Shown: positions 28,441 to 37,963, numbered from the stretch's first letter. The stretch is 55,698 nucleotides of DNA from a candidate division FCPU426 bacterium (GCA_003136635.1 PLFD01000054.1:1-55698), one strand, 5' to 3'. Notes: generated from the letters alone by a model not told the origin. Numbers and translations: made by a program.

Positions 28441-29903
28441 GATTATTCAAAAATAAAAACTTAAAAGTCATTCTTGGTTTGTGTTTCACACTCTTTTTAT
28501 CCACCCGGGTTTGGGGCGATGACGAGATTTTGAGGAAGTCGGTGGTCAAGGTATTTACGACCACGCAAAATATCGATTATTACGAACCCTGGAAGCCCGG
28601 AGCGCAAATTCCACTGCAGGGATGCGGCACTATCATTCCCGGCCACTTCATCCTCACCACCGCTCATTTGGTGAACAAAGGCAATTACATCGAGGTTCAA
28701 AAATTCGGCGAGGCGAAACGCTATGTGGCCAAAGTGGAGCAAGTGGGCTATGACCTGGACCTGGCCCTCTTGAGCGTGGACGACCCGGACTTTTTTACCG
28801 GCACCCAGCCGGTCGTGTTCGGCGATTTGCCCAACCACGGCGACAAACTTTTAATTCAGGGCGGAGACGAGCTGTCGATTAAAGAGGACTCGGTTTCCAA
28901 CATGGAAATGGTTCTGGGCAATGAGGGAGGCCGCTTGATGCCGGCCATTCTGACCGACGGGCCGATTGACGGTTCGAACAACGGCTGTCCGGTGTTTAGC
29001 GGCGGCAAGTTTGTCGGCATTCCTTTTGACTGTATCGGAAAACCGGATAAAACCGGATCGATTATTCCCATCAACGTGATCCAGCGTTTTTTTAAGGCGA
29101 TTCAGGGAGGACGTTCTTACGACGGCTTGCCGGACCTGGGTTTCTACACCCAGGATTTGGAAAACCCCACCCTTCGCGGCTACTTCAAAATTTCGCCCAA
29201 ACAGTCCGGGGAAATCATCACCAAGATATTTAAGGACGGATCGGCGGACGGAATTTTGAACGAGGGCGATGTTTTGACCGCCATTGACGGCCATCCGGTC
29301 GATGACGAGGGTTATATTAACCTTCCCAAGATAGGCCGGGTTCCGGAATGTTATCTCGCTACCTTTTATTTAATGGGCGAGAAAATGAGCCTGGATATTC
29401 TGCGGGACGGCAAGCCCCTTAAAATTCAAATGCCGCTCAAACCCGTTTCACAGCTTCTGACGGACCGGCAGGACGCCCGGCACCCCACCTATTTCGTGAC
29501 GGCGGGATTTGTTTTTGTTCCGCTGACCGTGAATTATTTTTCCACCGCGAGTTGGGATTCCTTCAAACCCGAATTACAGGACATTTTTTTCCACGGTCTG
29601 CGCTCGGACCAGCAAAAACAGATTATTCTCATCAGCCATGTTTTGCCTCACGAAATCAACAAGGGCTATGACAAGCTGACCAATGTGATGGTGACGAAGA
29701 TCAACGGCAGGCCCATTACGGAAATGAAGGATGTTTTGGAGGCGTTTGACCATCCGCTGGACGGGTTTGATGTGATGGATATCGACGATCACGACTGGTT
29801 TGGCTCGACGATCGTGATTGACGCGAATAAGGTCAAACAGGCCACCGATGAAATTAATCAAACGTTTAAAATCCTGTCCGACCGCTCCCAGGATTTAAAG
29901 TAG
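28437..29903 (+). CDS. Deg2/Deg9-type protease paralog, predicted catalytically inactive (Ser to Asn)
   Basis: Collinear with the upstream gene. His (TTAHLV) and Asp (LDLALL) are retained, but the GNSGGP box reads SNNGCP. ATGA overlap with the upstream stop. Confidence 0.75.
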   Translation: MRLFKNKNLKVILGLCFTLFLSTRVWGDDEILRKSVVKVFTTTQNIDYYEPWKPGAQIPLQGCGTIIPGHFILTTAHLVNKGNYIEVQKFGEAKRYVAKVEQVGYDLDLALLSVDDPDFFTGTQPVVFGDLPNHGDKLLIQGGDELSIKEDSVSNMEMVLGNEGGRLMPAILTDGPIDGSNNGCPVFSGGKFVGIPFDCIGKPDKTGSIIPINVIQRFFKAIQGGRSYDGLPDLGFYTQDLENPTLRGYFKISPKQSGEIITKIFKDGSADGILNEGDVLTAIDGHPVDDEGYINLPKIGRVPECYLATFYLMGEKMSLDILRDGKPLKIQMPLKPVSQLLTDRQDARHPTYFVTAGFVFVPLTVNYFSTASWDSFKPELQDIFFHGLRSDQQKQIILISHVLPHEINKGYDKLTNVMVTKINGRPITEMKDVLEAFDHPLDGFDVMDIDDHDWFGSTIVIDANKVKQATDEINQTFKILSDRSQDLK

Positions 29904-29912
29904 ATCTTAATC

Positions 29913-30284
29913 ATGGGAAAAATTAAAACTCAGCTGACCATCTTTACGGTTTCACTGGATATGGTGCGAGCCGGCAATTTTGAGCGAAAAAACCAGTTTG
30001 AAAAACTTTATGAAACTTATGCGCACTTGTTAACGCGTATGAGAAAACCGGGGGTAGATCGAAACTATCCGATGATCCGTTTATTAATTCTTACCGTGAC
30101 TAAAAACGTCGAAAAGCTTTCGGTTCCTTTAAAAAAGTCGGATGCGGACGCGGAAGACATTCGGCATTCCCTTGAGACTTTAAAAGGGGTTCCGGGAGTT
30201 TCTCAACCCACGGGGAGCGCGGAAGACCAGCAATGGATCGCGGGTTTTGAAGAACGTCTCAAGAACTTCCCGACACAACCGTAA
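29913..30284 (+). CDS. hypothetical protein
   Basis: ORF 9 nt after the Deg paralog; no motif. Confidence 0.35.
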   Translation: MGKIKTQLTIFTVSLDMVRAGNFERKNQFEKLYETYAHLLTRMRKPGVDRNYPMIRLLILTVTKNVEKLSVPLKKSDADAEDIRHSLETLKGVPGVSQPTGSAEDQQWIAGFEERLKNFPTQP

Positions 30285-30289
30285 TTTTT

Positions 30290-30988
30290 TTATAGAAGCG
30301 CGGCGAAGCGAGAGAAAACTTTTTCAGAAATGCCTTCCAACTGACGGCTGTTTTCGGACAGATGGTCTTCAATCCGCTCGGGCCGGACGGGGCCGCCCTG
30401 CGGGGTTAATTCTTTCGCGTACAAAGCCGCCCAGCTTTTGACCATCTCCTCCGTCACTTCCAAATGGCATTGAAAGCCAAAAGCGTTTTGGCCGATTTGA
30501 TAAACCTGCTGGGGATAATAATGACTGCCTGCCAGACGCACCGCGTTCGGGGGCAGGGTGAAAGTATCACCGTGCCAATGAAAGACATTTAATTCCCCCG
30601 GCAGACCGAGAAAAAGGGAGTTGTAATGGCCTTCGGGAGTCAACTGAATGGGATACCAGCCGACTTCCGGAATGGCGCCTCGAAAAACCTGGGCCCCGGC
30701 GGCATGGGCCAGCATTTGTGACCCCAGACAAATCCCCAGAATGGGTTTTTCTTTTTTTAAGAATTCACGGATGGCGTTCAGTTCTAAAGTCATCCAGGGA
30801 AATTTTTTCTCTTCGTAAACACCCATAGGACCGCCCAGGACGACCAGCCCGTCCCCTAAATTTTCGGGAATCGGATCGCCCTTGTAGGTTTTTATGATTT
30901 CGACCTGGATGTTTTCGGATTTGAGGACGTTGAGAAGTGTGCCGGGACCTTCACAGTCGATATGTTGAAAACAGGTTATTTTGGACAT
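30290..30988 (-). CDS. class I glutamine amidotransferase-like protein
   Basis: Nucleophile elbow ILGICLGSQMLA. Start moved to the ATG at 30988 (MSKITCFQHIDCEGPG...), which follows GAGGG. Confidence 0.65.
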   Translation of the reverse strand: MSKITCFQHIDCEGPGTLLNVLKSENIQVEIIKTYKGDPIPENLGDGLVVLGGPMGVYEEKKFPWMTLELNAIREFLKKEKPILGICLGSQMLAHAAGAQVFRGAIPEVGWYPIQLTPEGHYNSLFLGLPGELNVFHWHGDTFTLPPNAVRLAGSHYYPQQVYQIGQNAFGFQCHLEVTEEMVKSWAALYAKELTPQGGPVRPERIEDHLSENSRQLEGISEKVFSRFAALL

Positions 30989-31159
30989 AAGACCCTCGCC
31001 ATGGTTGCTGGAAACTTCGCCGTATTTTATCGGCTGACCGCAAAAAATGCTTTGGTTTATCCAATTTTTATGGGTTTGGAGAGAGGGGAAACCCCGGTTG
31101 GGGTTTTCTTGAAACAAAGCGGGTAATGCCGTAAGATTTTGAGGTCGATTACTATTTAT

Positions 31160-31213
31160 TGGTGATGGAGTTCGCCAGAACCGTTCCCCCTGAGGGAGCT
31201 AATGACTCCTACC
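31160..31213 (+). ncRNA. fluoride riboswitch (crcB RNA motif)
   Basis: GGUGAUGGAGUUCGCCAGAACCGUUCCCCCUGAGGGAGCUAAUGACUCCUAC matches the crcB-motif consensus (GGnGAUGGnGUUCGCC...AAcCG...GCUgAUGAnUCCUAC), directly upstream of crcB. Confidence 0.85.
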
Positions 31214-31241
31214 GGCCAGGCTGGTAGGAGTTTTTTGTTTT
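31205..31241 (+). terminator. riboswitch expression-platform terminator
   Basis: CTCCTACC...GGTAGGAG hairpin overlapping the aptamer 3' end, followed by TTTTTTGTTTT. Confidence 0.6.
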
Positions 31242-31276
31242 ACCGGCCAAGCCCATTTGACGCGAAGGAGAGAGCG

Positions 31277-31651
31277 ATGGACAAACTGATTTGGATCGCC
31301 CTGGGAGGCGTTTTAGGCGCATGGAGCCGCTATTTTATGGGGCTGTGGGCGGTGGAGAAATGGGGCAGTGATTTCGCGGTGGGGACCTTGATGATCAACA
31401 TCATTGGTTCTTTTGTGATGGCCTGGGTTTTGTATTTGAACGCCTCCCGGGGAGTTTTTTCGCCGAATATCCGGCTTTTTCTCACGGTGGGTTTTTGCGC
31501 CACTTTTACCACCTTCTCCACCTTTAGCTGGGACACCCTTCGCTATCTTTCGGAGGGAAATTTTAAATATTTCGCGATGAACATCACCTTTAACGTAGCC
31601 GGATGCCTTTTGGGCAGCTGGTTCGGAATCATGCTGGCGAAACTTTTATAA
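31277..31651 (+). CDS. crcB: fluoride ion channel CrcB/Fluc
   Basis: MDKLIWIALGGVLGAWSRY... four-TM, about 125-aa CrcB architecture. Start moved downstream of the riboswitch and terminator, with SD GAAGGAG. Confidence 0.85.
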   Translation: MDKLIWIALGGVLGAWSRYFMGLWAVEKWGSDFAVGTLMINIIGSFVMAWVLYLNASRGVFSPNIRLFLTVGFCATFTTFSTFSWDTLRYLSEGNFKYFAMNITFNVAGCLLGSWFGIMLAKLL

Positions 31652-31669
31652 TATTTAATAAAAACCATT

Positions 31670-31777
31670 AACCACCAAGACACCAAGGGCATCAAGAACG
31701 ACGAAAGACGATAATTTTTTGGGAATGGTTTAAATCAAAGTTTTGCTTTTCTTAGTGCCTTTGGTGTCTTGGTGGTT
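31670..31777. repeat. 22-bp inverted repeat (long hairpin) between crcB and the DUF190 gene
   Basis: AACCACCAAGACACCAAGGGCA (31670-31691) and TGCCTTTGGTGTCTTGGTGGTT (31756-31777), with one G-U-compatible mismatch and a 64-nt loop. Confidence 0.55.
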
Positions 31778-31824
31778 CAATCATCTTTTTGATTTTGTTT
31801 GATTCTTAAATAAAGGAGCCGGAC

Positions 31825-32169
31825 ATGCAGCCATTTGGAAAGTCGAAAGTTTTACGGATCTATGTGGATGAAAATATCAAAGTGGAAAACGAATTGCTTT
31901 ACCGGGCGATTGTTAAAAAGTGGCTGGCGATGAAATTAAAAGGCGCCACTGTTTATAAAGCGGTTGAGGGTTTCGGATCTTCGGCGCATATCCGTGACGC
32001 TGGTATTTTGGAGATCAGCGAAAATCTTCCGGTGGTGATTGAAACCATTGATATCGCGACCCAGGTGGCCAAGGCCCTCAAGGCGGTGGAGGCTTTATTG
32101 CCGGTCCATTGTCTGGTGACTTTGCAGGATATTAACGTGATCCGTTACCACCGTCCCAAAGGAAAATAA
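31825..32169 (+). CDS. DUF190 (PII-like fold) fluoride-associated protein
   Basis: KVLRIYVDENIKV...GATVYKAVEGFGSSAHIRD...LPVVIETID...VIRY matches the DUF190/COG1993 pattern commonly linked to crcB. Confidence 0.8.
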   Translation: MQPFGKSKVLRIYVDENIKVENELLYRAIVKKWLAMKLKGATVYKAVEGFGSSAHIRDAGILEISENLPVVIETIDIATQVAKALKAVEALLPVHCLVTLQDINVIRYHRPKGK

Positions 32170-32185
32170 GCTGAAAACGGGGAAG

Positions 32186-33517
32186 ATGAAGATACTTTTT
32201 AAAATTTCCATTCTTATTCTCCTCTTCGCCGGTGCCGCGCCGCTCTGGGCCCAATCGCAAAAGTATGTCGTTTCGGCCGAACTCCATATTTCGATGACCC
32301 ATCCTTTGTGGCCCGATGTGTTCCTCAACGGGCATCAAATTGTTGACTCGCAGGAACATGTTTTTGACCGAACCAGCAACATTGACCAGCTTTTTTCAAA
32401 AGAACAGCTTTGCTACTTTTCCAGCGTTAATTGCCTCGCCATTGAGGTGCCGCAAACTTTGGGAAGCACCACCGGCACTAACGCCGCCATTGGACTGGCT
32501 TATGTTTTAAAAGTGATTTATTCGGATCACACCATCGATTGGATTACCAGCGACCAGGGCAAGACGCGCCAGCATTTCGTTAAAAAGAACGGACGGGAAC
32601 CCGCGGGTTGGACTATTTCGGGTTTTGACGACCATGTCTGGGCGCTGGCCAAACCTTTCGCTCCCCCCTCCCTCGGAGTGACTCTGATCAATCCCCAAAC
32701 GGGCTTGATGGCCAAGTATTTCCCCACATTTCAAGATAACGCCCGTGTTTATTCCACGCTGGGCGAAAAAATGTATTTCCGAAGAAAATACCTGAGGGAT
32801 GTCACCGCGCCGCCCGATTGCGGTGAACCCAGTCAATTGGCGCCGCTGAAAGTTCAACCGATGCCGAAACCACTTTGGACGGGGGTCATTCCGCCGACAT
32901 CGACCTTTACTCCTCAGCCGATTTTTACACCGGCGCCCACCGCGACGCCAATGCCGCAGATGTCAACAGCGACATCTAGATCAGTTTGGATAGCTACCGC
33001 ACTCGCGACCGCAACGCCAACACCGGTTTGGACTAATACGCCTTTACCTACCGCTACACCGCGTCCCCTGATTCACCATAAGCCGAAGAAACATAAACCT
33101 GTGGTTACGATGACGCCAACCCTTACGCTTCCCACCCATACGCCGACTCAAACTGCTTTGTCTTTGGTTCCGGTTTTCACCGCCACCGCTGTTGTTACAG
33201 CCGGCGTTCCGCAGGACTCGAGTATGGCCGCGACAATTGTTTTCGCCAAACCGCCTGTCAATATCAACGCCAGTTTTGCCGATGGTCCGGGAGTTTATCG
33301 ATTGGAAATTGTGGATGCCAGGGGAGCTCACATCAATACGCTTTACAATGAACAGGTGGTGCTTGAAAAGGATACCTGGATTATCTGGGATGGAACGAAT
33401 GATCAGGGCCAGCGGATGGGTTATGGAAACTATCAGGCTCTTTTAAGCAAAGACGGAGTGTTAATTGAAAAAATCGCTTTGGTTTGGATCACTCCATGGA
33501 CCACCGGCTTTGAGTAG
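32186..33517 (+). CDS. secreted protein with Pro/Thr-rich linker
   Basis: Signal peptide; low-complexity PT-rich stretch (residues about 215-330); no catalytic motif. Confidence 0.4.
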   Translation: MKILFKISILILLFAGAAPLWAQSQKYVVSAELHISMTHPLWPDVFLNGHQIVDSQEHVFDRTSNIDQLFSKEQLCYFSSVNCLAIEVPQTLGSTTGTNAAIGLAYVLKVIYSDHTIDWITSDQGKTRQHFVKKNGREPAGWTISGFDDHVWALAKPFAPPSLGVTLINPQTGLMAKYFPTFQDNARVYSTLGEKMYFRRKYLRDVTAPPDCGEPSQLAPLKVQPMPKPLWTGVIPPTSTFTPQPIFTPAPTATPMPQMSTATSRSVWIATALATATPTPVWTNTPLPTATPRPLIHHKPKKHKPVVTMTPTLTLPTHTPTQTALSLVPVFTATAVVTAGVPQDSSMAATIVFAKPPVNINASFADGPGVYRLEIVDARGAHINTLYNEQVVLEKDTWIIWDGTNDQGQRMGYGNYQALLSKDGVLIEKIALVWITPWTTGFE

Positions 33518-33521
33518 TTAG

Positions 33522-33917
33522 TTAAAAATACCCCAGGATCGTGATCGGGACTTGACCACCTATTTGATAATCGGGCTGCTGGAAAACCGAGTTATCTTCC
33601 AAAACAGTGATGGTAATGGAACTGCTGGTCGTTGTCGGCGCGTCATTAATAGCGGACAAAAAAACATAAGTTCCCTGATAGCTTCCTTCGGTCTCGTAGC
33701 CGGTAAATTTAGTTTGCCAGGGAAGGGTTTGACTGACCGCGGTAGAATTGCTGCCGATCCCACTGACGGCGTAGGTGATATTGGCCACAACGCCGGCTGA
33801 TCCGGTCACTTCATAAGTGCCGGAGATTTCTTTGGGACCGCCGCAGCTGATGAGCCCGAAAAAGACCAAGGCGCAGGTAAAAAGACAAAAAGAGGCGTTT
33901 TTCACGTTAATTTCCAA
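33522..33917 (-). CDS. hypothetical lipoprotein
   Basis: Signal peptide with LISCGG lipobox. Confidence 0.35.
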   Translation of the reverse strand: MEINVKNASFCLFTCALVFFGLISCGGPKEISGTYEVTGSAGVVANITYAVSGIGSNSTAVSQTLPWQTKFTGYETEGSYQGTYVFLSAINDAPTTTSSSITITVLEDNSVFQQPDYQIGGQVPITILGYF

Positions 33918-34017
33918 TCAATTCAACCGATTCCACGGTAGTTTTGCTTCTTCCCTTATGATACTTTCGACGTCTGGGAATACCAACTAGGGTCTTCCGT
34001 TTGTTCCGGAGAAAGAA

Positions 34018-34587
34018 ATGCGCAGTTTTCGCCTCATGAACCGAAATGATACGGGTCTGCTGGTGATTGATCTTCAAATCAAGCTCGTGGACAAGATCCC
34101 CCCTAAAGACAAGATAATTGCCAGGACGGTTCAATTGGTAGAGGGGGCTGGAATATTAGGGGTTCCGGTTTTTGCGACCGAACAATACCCCCAGGGGTTG
34201 GGGCCCACGGTGGCCGAGCTGGCAGACCGATTACCGAATAAATTGGAAAAGGTTTCCTTTAGCGCTGGTGTTTTGCCCGCGGTGATTCGATTTTTTAAAT
34301 CGAAGTCAGTCAAAAAGATATTGCTGGCGGGGATAGAAACCCATGTTTGTGTTCTTCAAACCGCGATGGATTTATTGGAGCAAGGGTTTGACATTTATCT
34401 GGCGGTCGACGCGGCGGGAAGCCGCCACGAGCAGGACAGGGAATGGGCGTTGAGGCGATTGGAAACCGCTGGGGTGATTTTAACCACCGCGGAAGCGGCT
34501 TTGTTTGAGTGGGCAGAAAAGGCGGGAACGCCTGAGTTTAAAAAAATCAGCCGGTTAGTACTTGAGATGGACGAGAAATTGAAATAA
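34018..34587 (+). CDS. isochorismatase-family cysteine hydrolase
   Basis: LLVIDLQ... N-terminal strand and ILLAGIETHVCVLQTAMDL catalytic Cys region. Confidence 0.7.
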   Translation: MRSFRLMNRNDTGLLVIDLQIKLVDKIPPKDKIIARTVQLVEGAGILGVPVFATEQYPQGLGPTVAELADRLPNKLEKVSFSAGVLPAVIRFFKSKSVKKILLAGIETHVCVLQTAMDLLEQGFDIYLAVDAAGSRHEQDREWALRRLETAGVILTTAEAALFEWAEKAGTPEFKKISRLVLEMDEKLK

Positions 34588-34617
34588 GTCGTTTTTGAAT
34601 TTGAGCGGAGGTGAAAG

Positions 34618-35472
34618 ATGATTAATTATATTTCGGGTTTAATTTTTGTGGTTTTGCTGGTGATCGGCGGAGCGGTGACTTATTCGATCAGTTCGTCCAG
34701 TATCGTGGCGAGCGTGGTAGTCGCTTTCTTTTGGCTGTTGGGCGACATTATTTTGTCCTCAGGCGTCCAACTAGCCGCCCAGTGGGAAAAGGGCGTCGTT
34801 TTTCGTCTGGGGCGGTTTGAGTCGATTAAAGGGCCCGGACTTTTTTTTATTGTTCCTCTCGTCGATCAGGTCAAGCTGGTCGATACCCGCATTCGGGCCA
34901 TGGATATTCCGGCCCAGCAAATGATTACCAAAGATAACGTGCCGGTCAAAATCAACGGGGTTATTTTCTTTAAAGTGGATCAACCCGCGGACGCTCTCAT
35001 TAAAGTTCAGGATTACCGCTACGCCATTTCCCAGTACGCGCAGACCGCTTTGCGGGATGTAATCGGACAGATGTCGCTGGATCAATTGCTCAGCGAGAGG
35101 GAACAAATCGCCAAGATGATCGAAACGGCTGTGGAAAAAGACACGGTGGGCTGGGGTTTGGAAGTCACCGGCATTAATATTCAAGATGTGGATATGCCCG
35201 AAGAGTTGAAGAAGATGATGTCCCGCCAGGCTTCGGCGGAAAGAGAAAAACGGGCGACGATTACCAAAGCCGAGGGTGATAAAGAAGCGGCGATTAACTT
35301 AGCCGCCGCGGCTTTAACGATGGCGCAAAGTCCCGGAGCGATGCAGTTAAGAACGCTTCAAACCATCGATGGACTGGGGCCAACCCAATCCAATACGGTC
35401 GTTTTTGCCGTTCCGATGGATTTGGTAGAAGCGGCTAAAGCCTTTACGCAAAAAGTAGCGCCAAAGGCCTGA
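34618..35472 (+). CDS. SPFH/band-7 (stomatin-prohibitin-like) membrane protein
   Basis: N-terminal TM, then VVFRLGRF...GPGLFFIVPLVDQV...DIPAQQMITKDNVPVKINGVIFFKV SPFH core and a coiled-coil tail. Confidence 0.8.
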   Translation: MINYISGLIFVVLLVIGGAVTYSISSSSIVASVVVAFFWLLGDIILSSGVQLAAQWEKGVVFRLGRFESIKGPGLFFIVPLVDQVKLVDTRIRAMDIPAQQMITKDNVPVKINGVIFFKVDQPADALIKVQDYRYAISQYAQTALRDVIGQMSLDQLLSEREQIAKMIETAVEKDTVGWGLEVTGINIQDVDMPEELKKMMSRQASAEREKRATITKAEGDKEAAINLAAAALTMAQSPGAMQLRTLQTIDGLGPTQSNTVVFAVPMDLVEAAKAFTQKVAPKA

Positions 35473-35588
35473 AAAAGATAAAAATCATGGGATTTTTTAT
35501 GTTTTTTAAGGATAGATTTCATCCCTTGCTTGCCATTTGAGGATAAAAAATAGAATATAAAGACGTCCTATTTTGAATCGAGGAAGCT

Positions 35589-36347
35589 ATGCCCCGTAAG
35601 AAAAAAGAAGAGAATTCTCCCGCTTCTAAGCCGGTTCGAAAAACCTCGGCCGGTAAACCGGTTAAAAAGACCGCCAAGAAGGCCGCTAAAGCCTCGGTTA
35701 AAAAAACTTCGGCCAAGGTCAAAAAGCCATCCAAGTCCGGTTCGGTTAAAAAAGCGTCCTCCGCTAAAACAGTTAAGATTGCGGCCTCGGCAACGCCGGC
35801 GACCAATGAGTTTAGGTCTCTTCCACGCCACGGTGAAACTCAAATCGTGGCTTTTGTACGGGACCCCCATTGTGTTTTTACCTATTGGGAAGTGACGCCC
35901 GAACGTTTTGAGGAGGTTAAAAAGGAATTAAAAGAAGAGTTTAAAGACAGCCACATGGTTTTGCGCCTCTTTACTGTCGGGCCCAATGGGGAAAGAATTC
36001 TGTCCGATGAAATCAGGATTGAGCCGGGACAGATCAACCGTTATGTGGAGTTGTCCCAAACCGGCGGTTCCTATGTTCTGGAGATCGCCCAAAAGACAGG
36101 GAAGGGCCGATACACGGTCTATGCCAAATCCAACACCATCGTCACCGCTGTTCAGACTTATAGCGTGTCCAGCTTGGATGTGCAGGACCCGATTTCGGCC
36201 GCGGAAGTTTCCCAGGAAATGCTGGATTATTTTTATGATCAGGGTTATGACCCGGATTCTCCGGCGTTAACGGAATTTATTTCTTCCGCTGAGAATGAAA
36301 AACGCCTCAAGCGAAAAAGAGAGCATTATAAAGCTTCGTTTTTTTGA
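35589..36347 (+). CDS. DUF4912-domain protein with histone-H1-like Lys/Ala-rich N-terminal tail
   Basis: N-terminal KK..AKK repeats. C-terminal roughly 170 aa (QIVAFVRDPHCVFTYWEVTPERFEE...) resembles DUF4912, which is typically adjacent to GH57 genes. 4-nt overlap with the next gene. Confidence 0.55.
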   Translation: MPRKKKEENSPASKPVRKTSAGKPVKKTAKKAAKASVKKTSAKVKKPSKSGSVKKASSAKTVKIAASATPATNEFRSLPRHGETQIVAFVRDPHCVFTYWEVTPERFEEVKKELKEEFKDSHMVLRLFTVGPNGERILSDEIRIEPGQINRYVELSQTGGSYVLEIAQKTGKGRYTVYAKSNTIVTAVQTYSVSSLDVQDPISAAEVSQEMLDYFYDQGYDPDSPALTEFISSAENEKRLKRKREHYKASFF

Positions 36348-37963
36348 CGCCTCAGGAGAAACCTTTGCCTCATCCCCCGTCGGGTTTTGTTTCGCTGGTC
36401 CTTCATTGCCACCTTCCCTTTGTTCGACACCCTGAGCATGAGTACTTTCTTGAGGAAAACTGGTATTACGAAGCGGTATTTGAGACTTATCTGCCCCTGT
36501 TGGAAGTGTTTGAGAGTTTAGAAAATAAAAAAATCCCCTTCTCGCTGACCCTTTCGGTTTCGCCCACCCTGCTTTCGATGTGCCTGGATCCGTTATTGCA
36601 AAAAAGAGCGCTCCGCTATGTGGATCAGCTGTTAGCCCTGTTAAAACGGGAAAAAAAGAGGGTGGGACAGGACGATTCCTTCGGTCCGGTTGTTCAAATG
36701 TACGAGGAAAAACTTTCGCGCTACCGGGATCTTTTTATGAAGTATCACGGCAATGTGGCGGAGGGATTTAAGCGCTTTCAAGACTCGGGGCATTTGGAAC
36801 TGATCACCTGCGCGGCAACACATGGTTTTTTACCCCTGCTGCGGGTTTACGAACCGGCGGTTCGGGCTCAAATCGAGACAGCGCTCCAGCTTCACCGTGA
36901 TTTTTTTGGAAAGAACCCCGTGGGTTTTTGGCTTCCGGAGTGTGCCTACGAGCCGGGAATGGATAAAATTCTCAAAGAATACGGAATCCAGTTTACCTTT
37001 TTAGAAACCCACGGAGTTCTTCAGGCTACACCCCATCCCTCATTTGGGACTTTCGCTCCGATCGTTTGTCCCTCGGGCGTGACGGTTTTTGGAAGGGATT
37101 TGGAAAGCTCGAAACAAGTCTGGAGCGCCAAAGAAGGTTATCCCGGCGACCCTGTTTACCGTGAGTTTTATCGGGATATTGGTTACGACCTGACAACCGA
37201 GGAATTACACCCTTATCTTCAACCCGAAAATTTCCGCCGTTTTACGGGACTCAAATACTATCGGATTACTGGCGGCACGGATCAAAAGGAACCCTATAAC
37301 CCTCAGTTAGCCCAGGCCAAAGTCCGGGTGCATGCGGGTGATTTTTTAAGCCGCCGCCGCCATCAAGCGGAAGAAGCCCATCGGTGGATGGACCGGCCGC
37401 CTTTGATGACCTGTCTTTATGACGCCGAGCTTTTTGGGCACTGGTGGTATGAGGGGCCGTCTTTTCTTCAGGAGTTATTTGAGCAAAACGCGGGAAGACA
37501 AGAGTCTTTAAGATTTATTACTCCGTCCGACTATTTGAAAATATTCTCTGAAAATCAAATCACTCAGCCGGTTTTTTCCACATGGGGAGTAGGCGGCTAC
37601 TCGGAATTTTGGCTCAATGAGACGAATGATTGGATTTATCCCCCTCTTAATAGCGCCTGCGCGGAGATGATTCGCTTGGCGGATTTAAAGCACACTTCCG
37701 GAAAACTGGTTCTTCGGGCTTTAAATCAGGCGTCGCGCGAACTCTTGCTGGCTCAATCCAGTGATTGGGCTTTTATGATGAAAGCCGGCCGTTATGCCCC
37801 TTATGCCGAACAAAGAATCAAAATTCACTTAAACCGCTTTTATCAACTGGCCGATTCCATCCGCACGAACCGTGTTTCGGAAGCCTATTTGTCTGATTTG
37901 GAAGAACGGGACAATCTTTTTCGAAAAATGGATTATCAAACATTCAAAAAAGACCCTCGATAG
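36344..37963 (+). CDS. GH57-family 1,4-alpha-glucan branching enzyme
   Basis: GH57 conserved regions: LHCHLPF (region I), WLPECAYEPG (nucleophile Glu) and LAQSSDWAFMM (region V); about 540 aa. Confidence 0.85.
   Translation: MTPQEKPLPHPPSGFVSLVLHCHLPFVRHPEHEYFLEENWYYEAVFETYLPLLEVFESLENKKIPFSLTLSVSPTLLSMCLDPLLQKRALRYVDQLLALLKREKKRVGQDDSFGPVVQMYEEKLSRYRDLFMKYHGNVAEGFKRFQDSGHLELITCAATHGFLPLLRVYEPAVRAQIETALQLHRDFFGKNPVGFWLPECAYEPGMDKILKEYGIQFTFLETHGVLQATPHPSFGTFAPIVCPSGVTVFGRDLESSKQVWSAKEGYPGDPVYREFYRDIGYDLTTEELHPYLQPENFRRFTGLKYYRITGGTDQKEPYNPQLAQAKVRVHAGDFLSRRRHQAEEAHRWMDRPPLMTCLYDAELFGHWWYEGPSFLQELFEQNAGRQESLRFITPSDYLKIFSENQITQPVFSTWGVGGYSEFWLNETNDWIYPPLNSACAEMIRLADLKHTSGKLVLRALNQASRELLLAQSSDWAFMMKAGRYAPYAEQRIKIHLNRFYQLADSIRTNRVSEAYLSDLEERDNLFRKMDYQTFKKDPR

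Noticed and set aside
35519-35870. Minus-strand ORFs antisense to the Lys-rich tail of the DUF4912 gene.
   Set aside because: They are mirror images of the low-complexity repeat and have no start signals.
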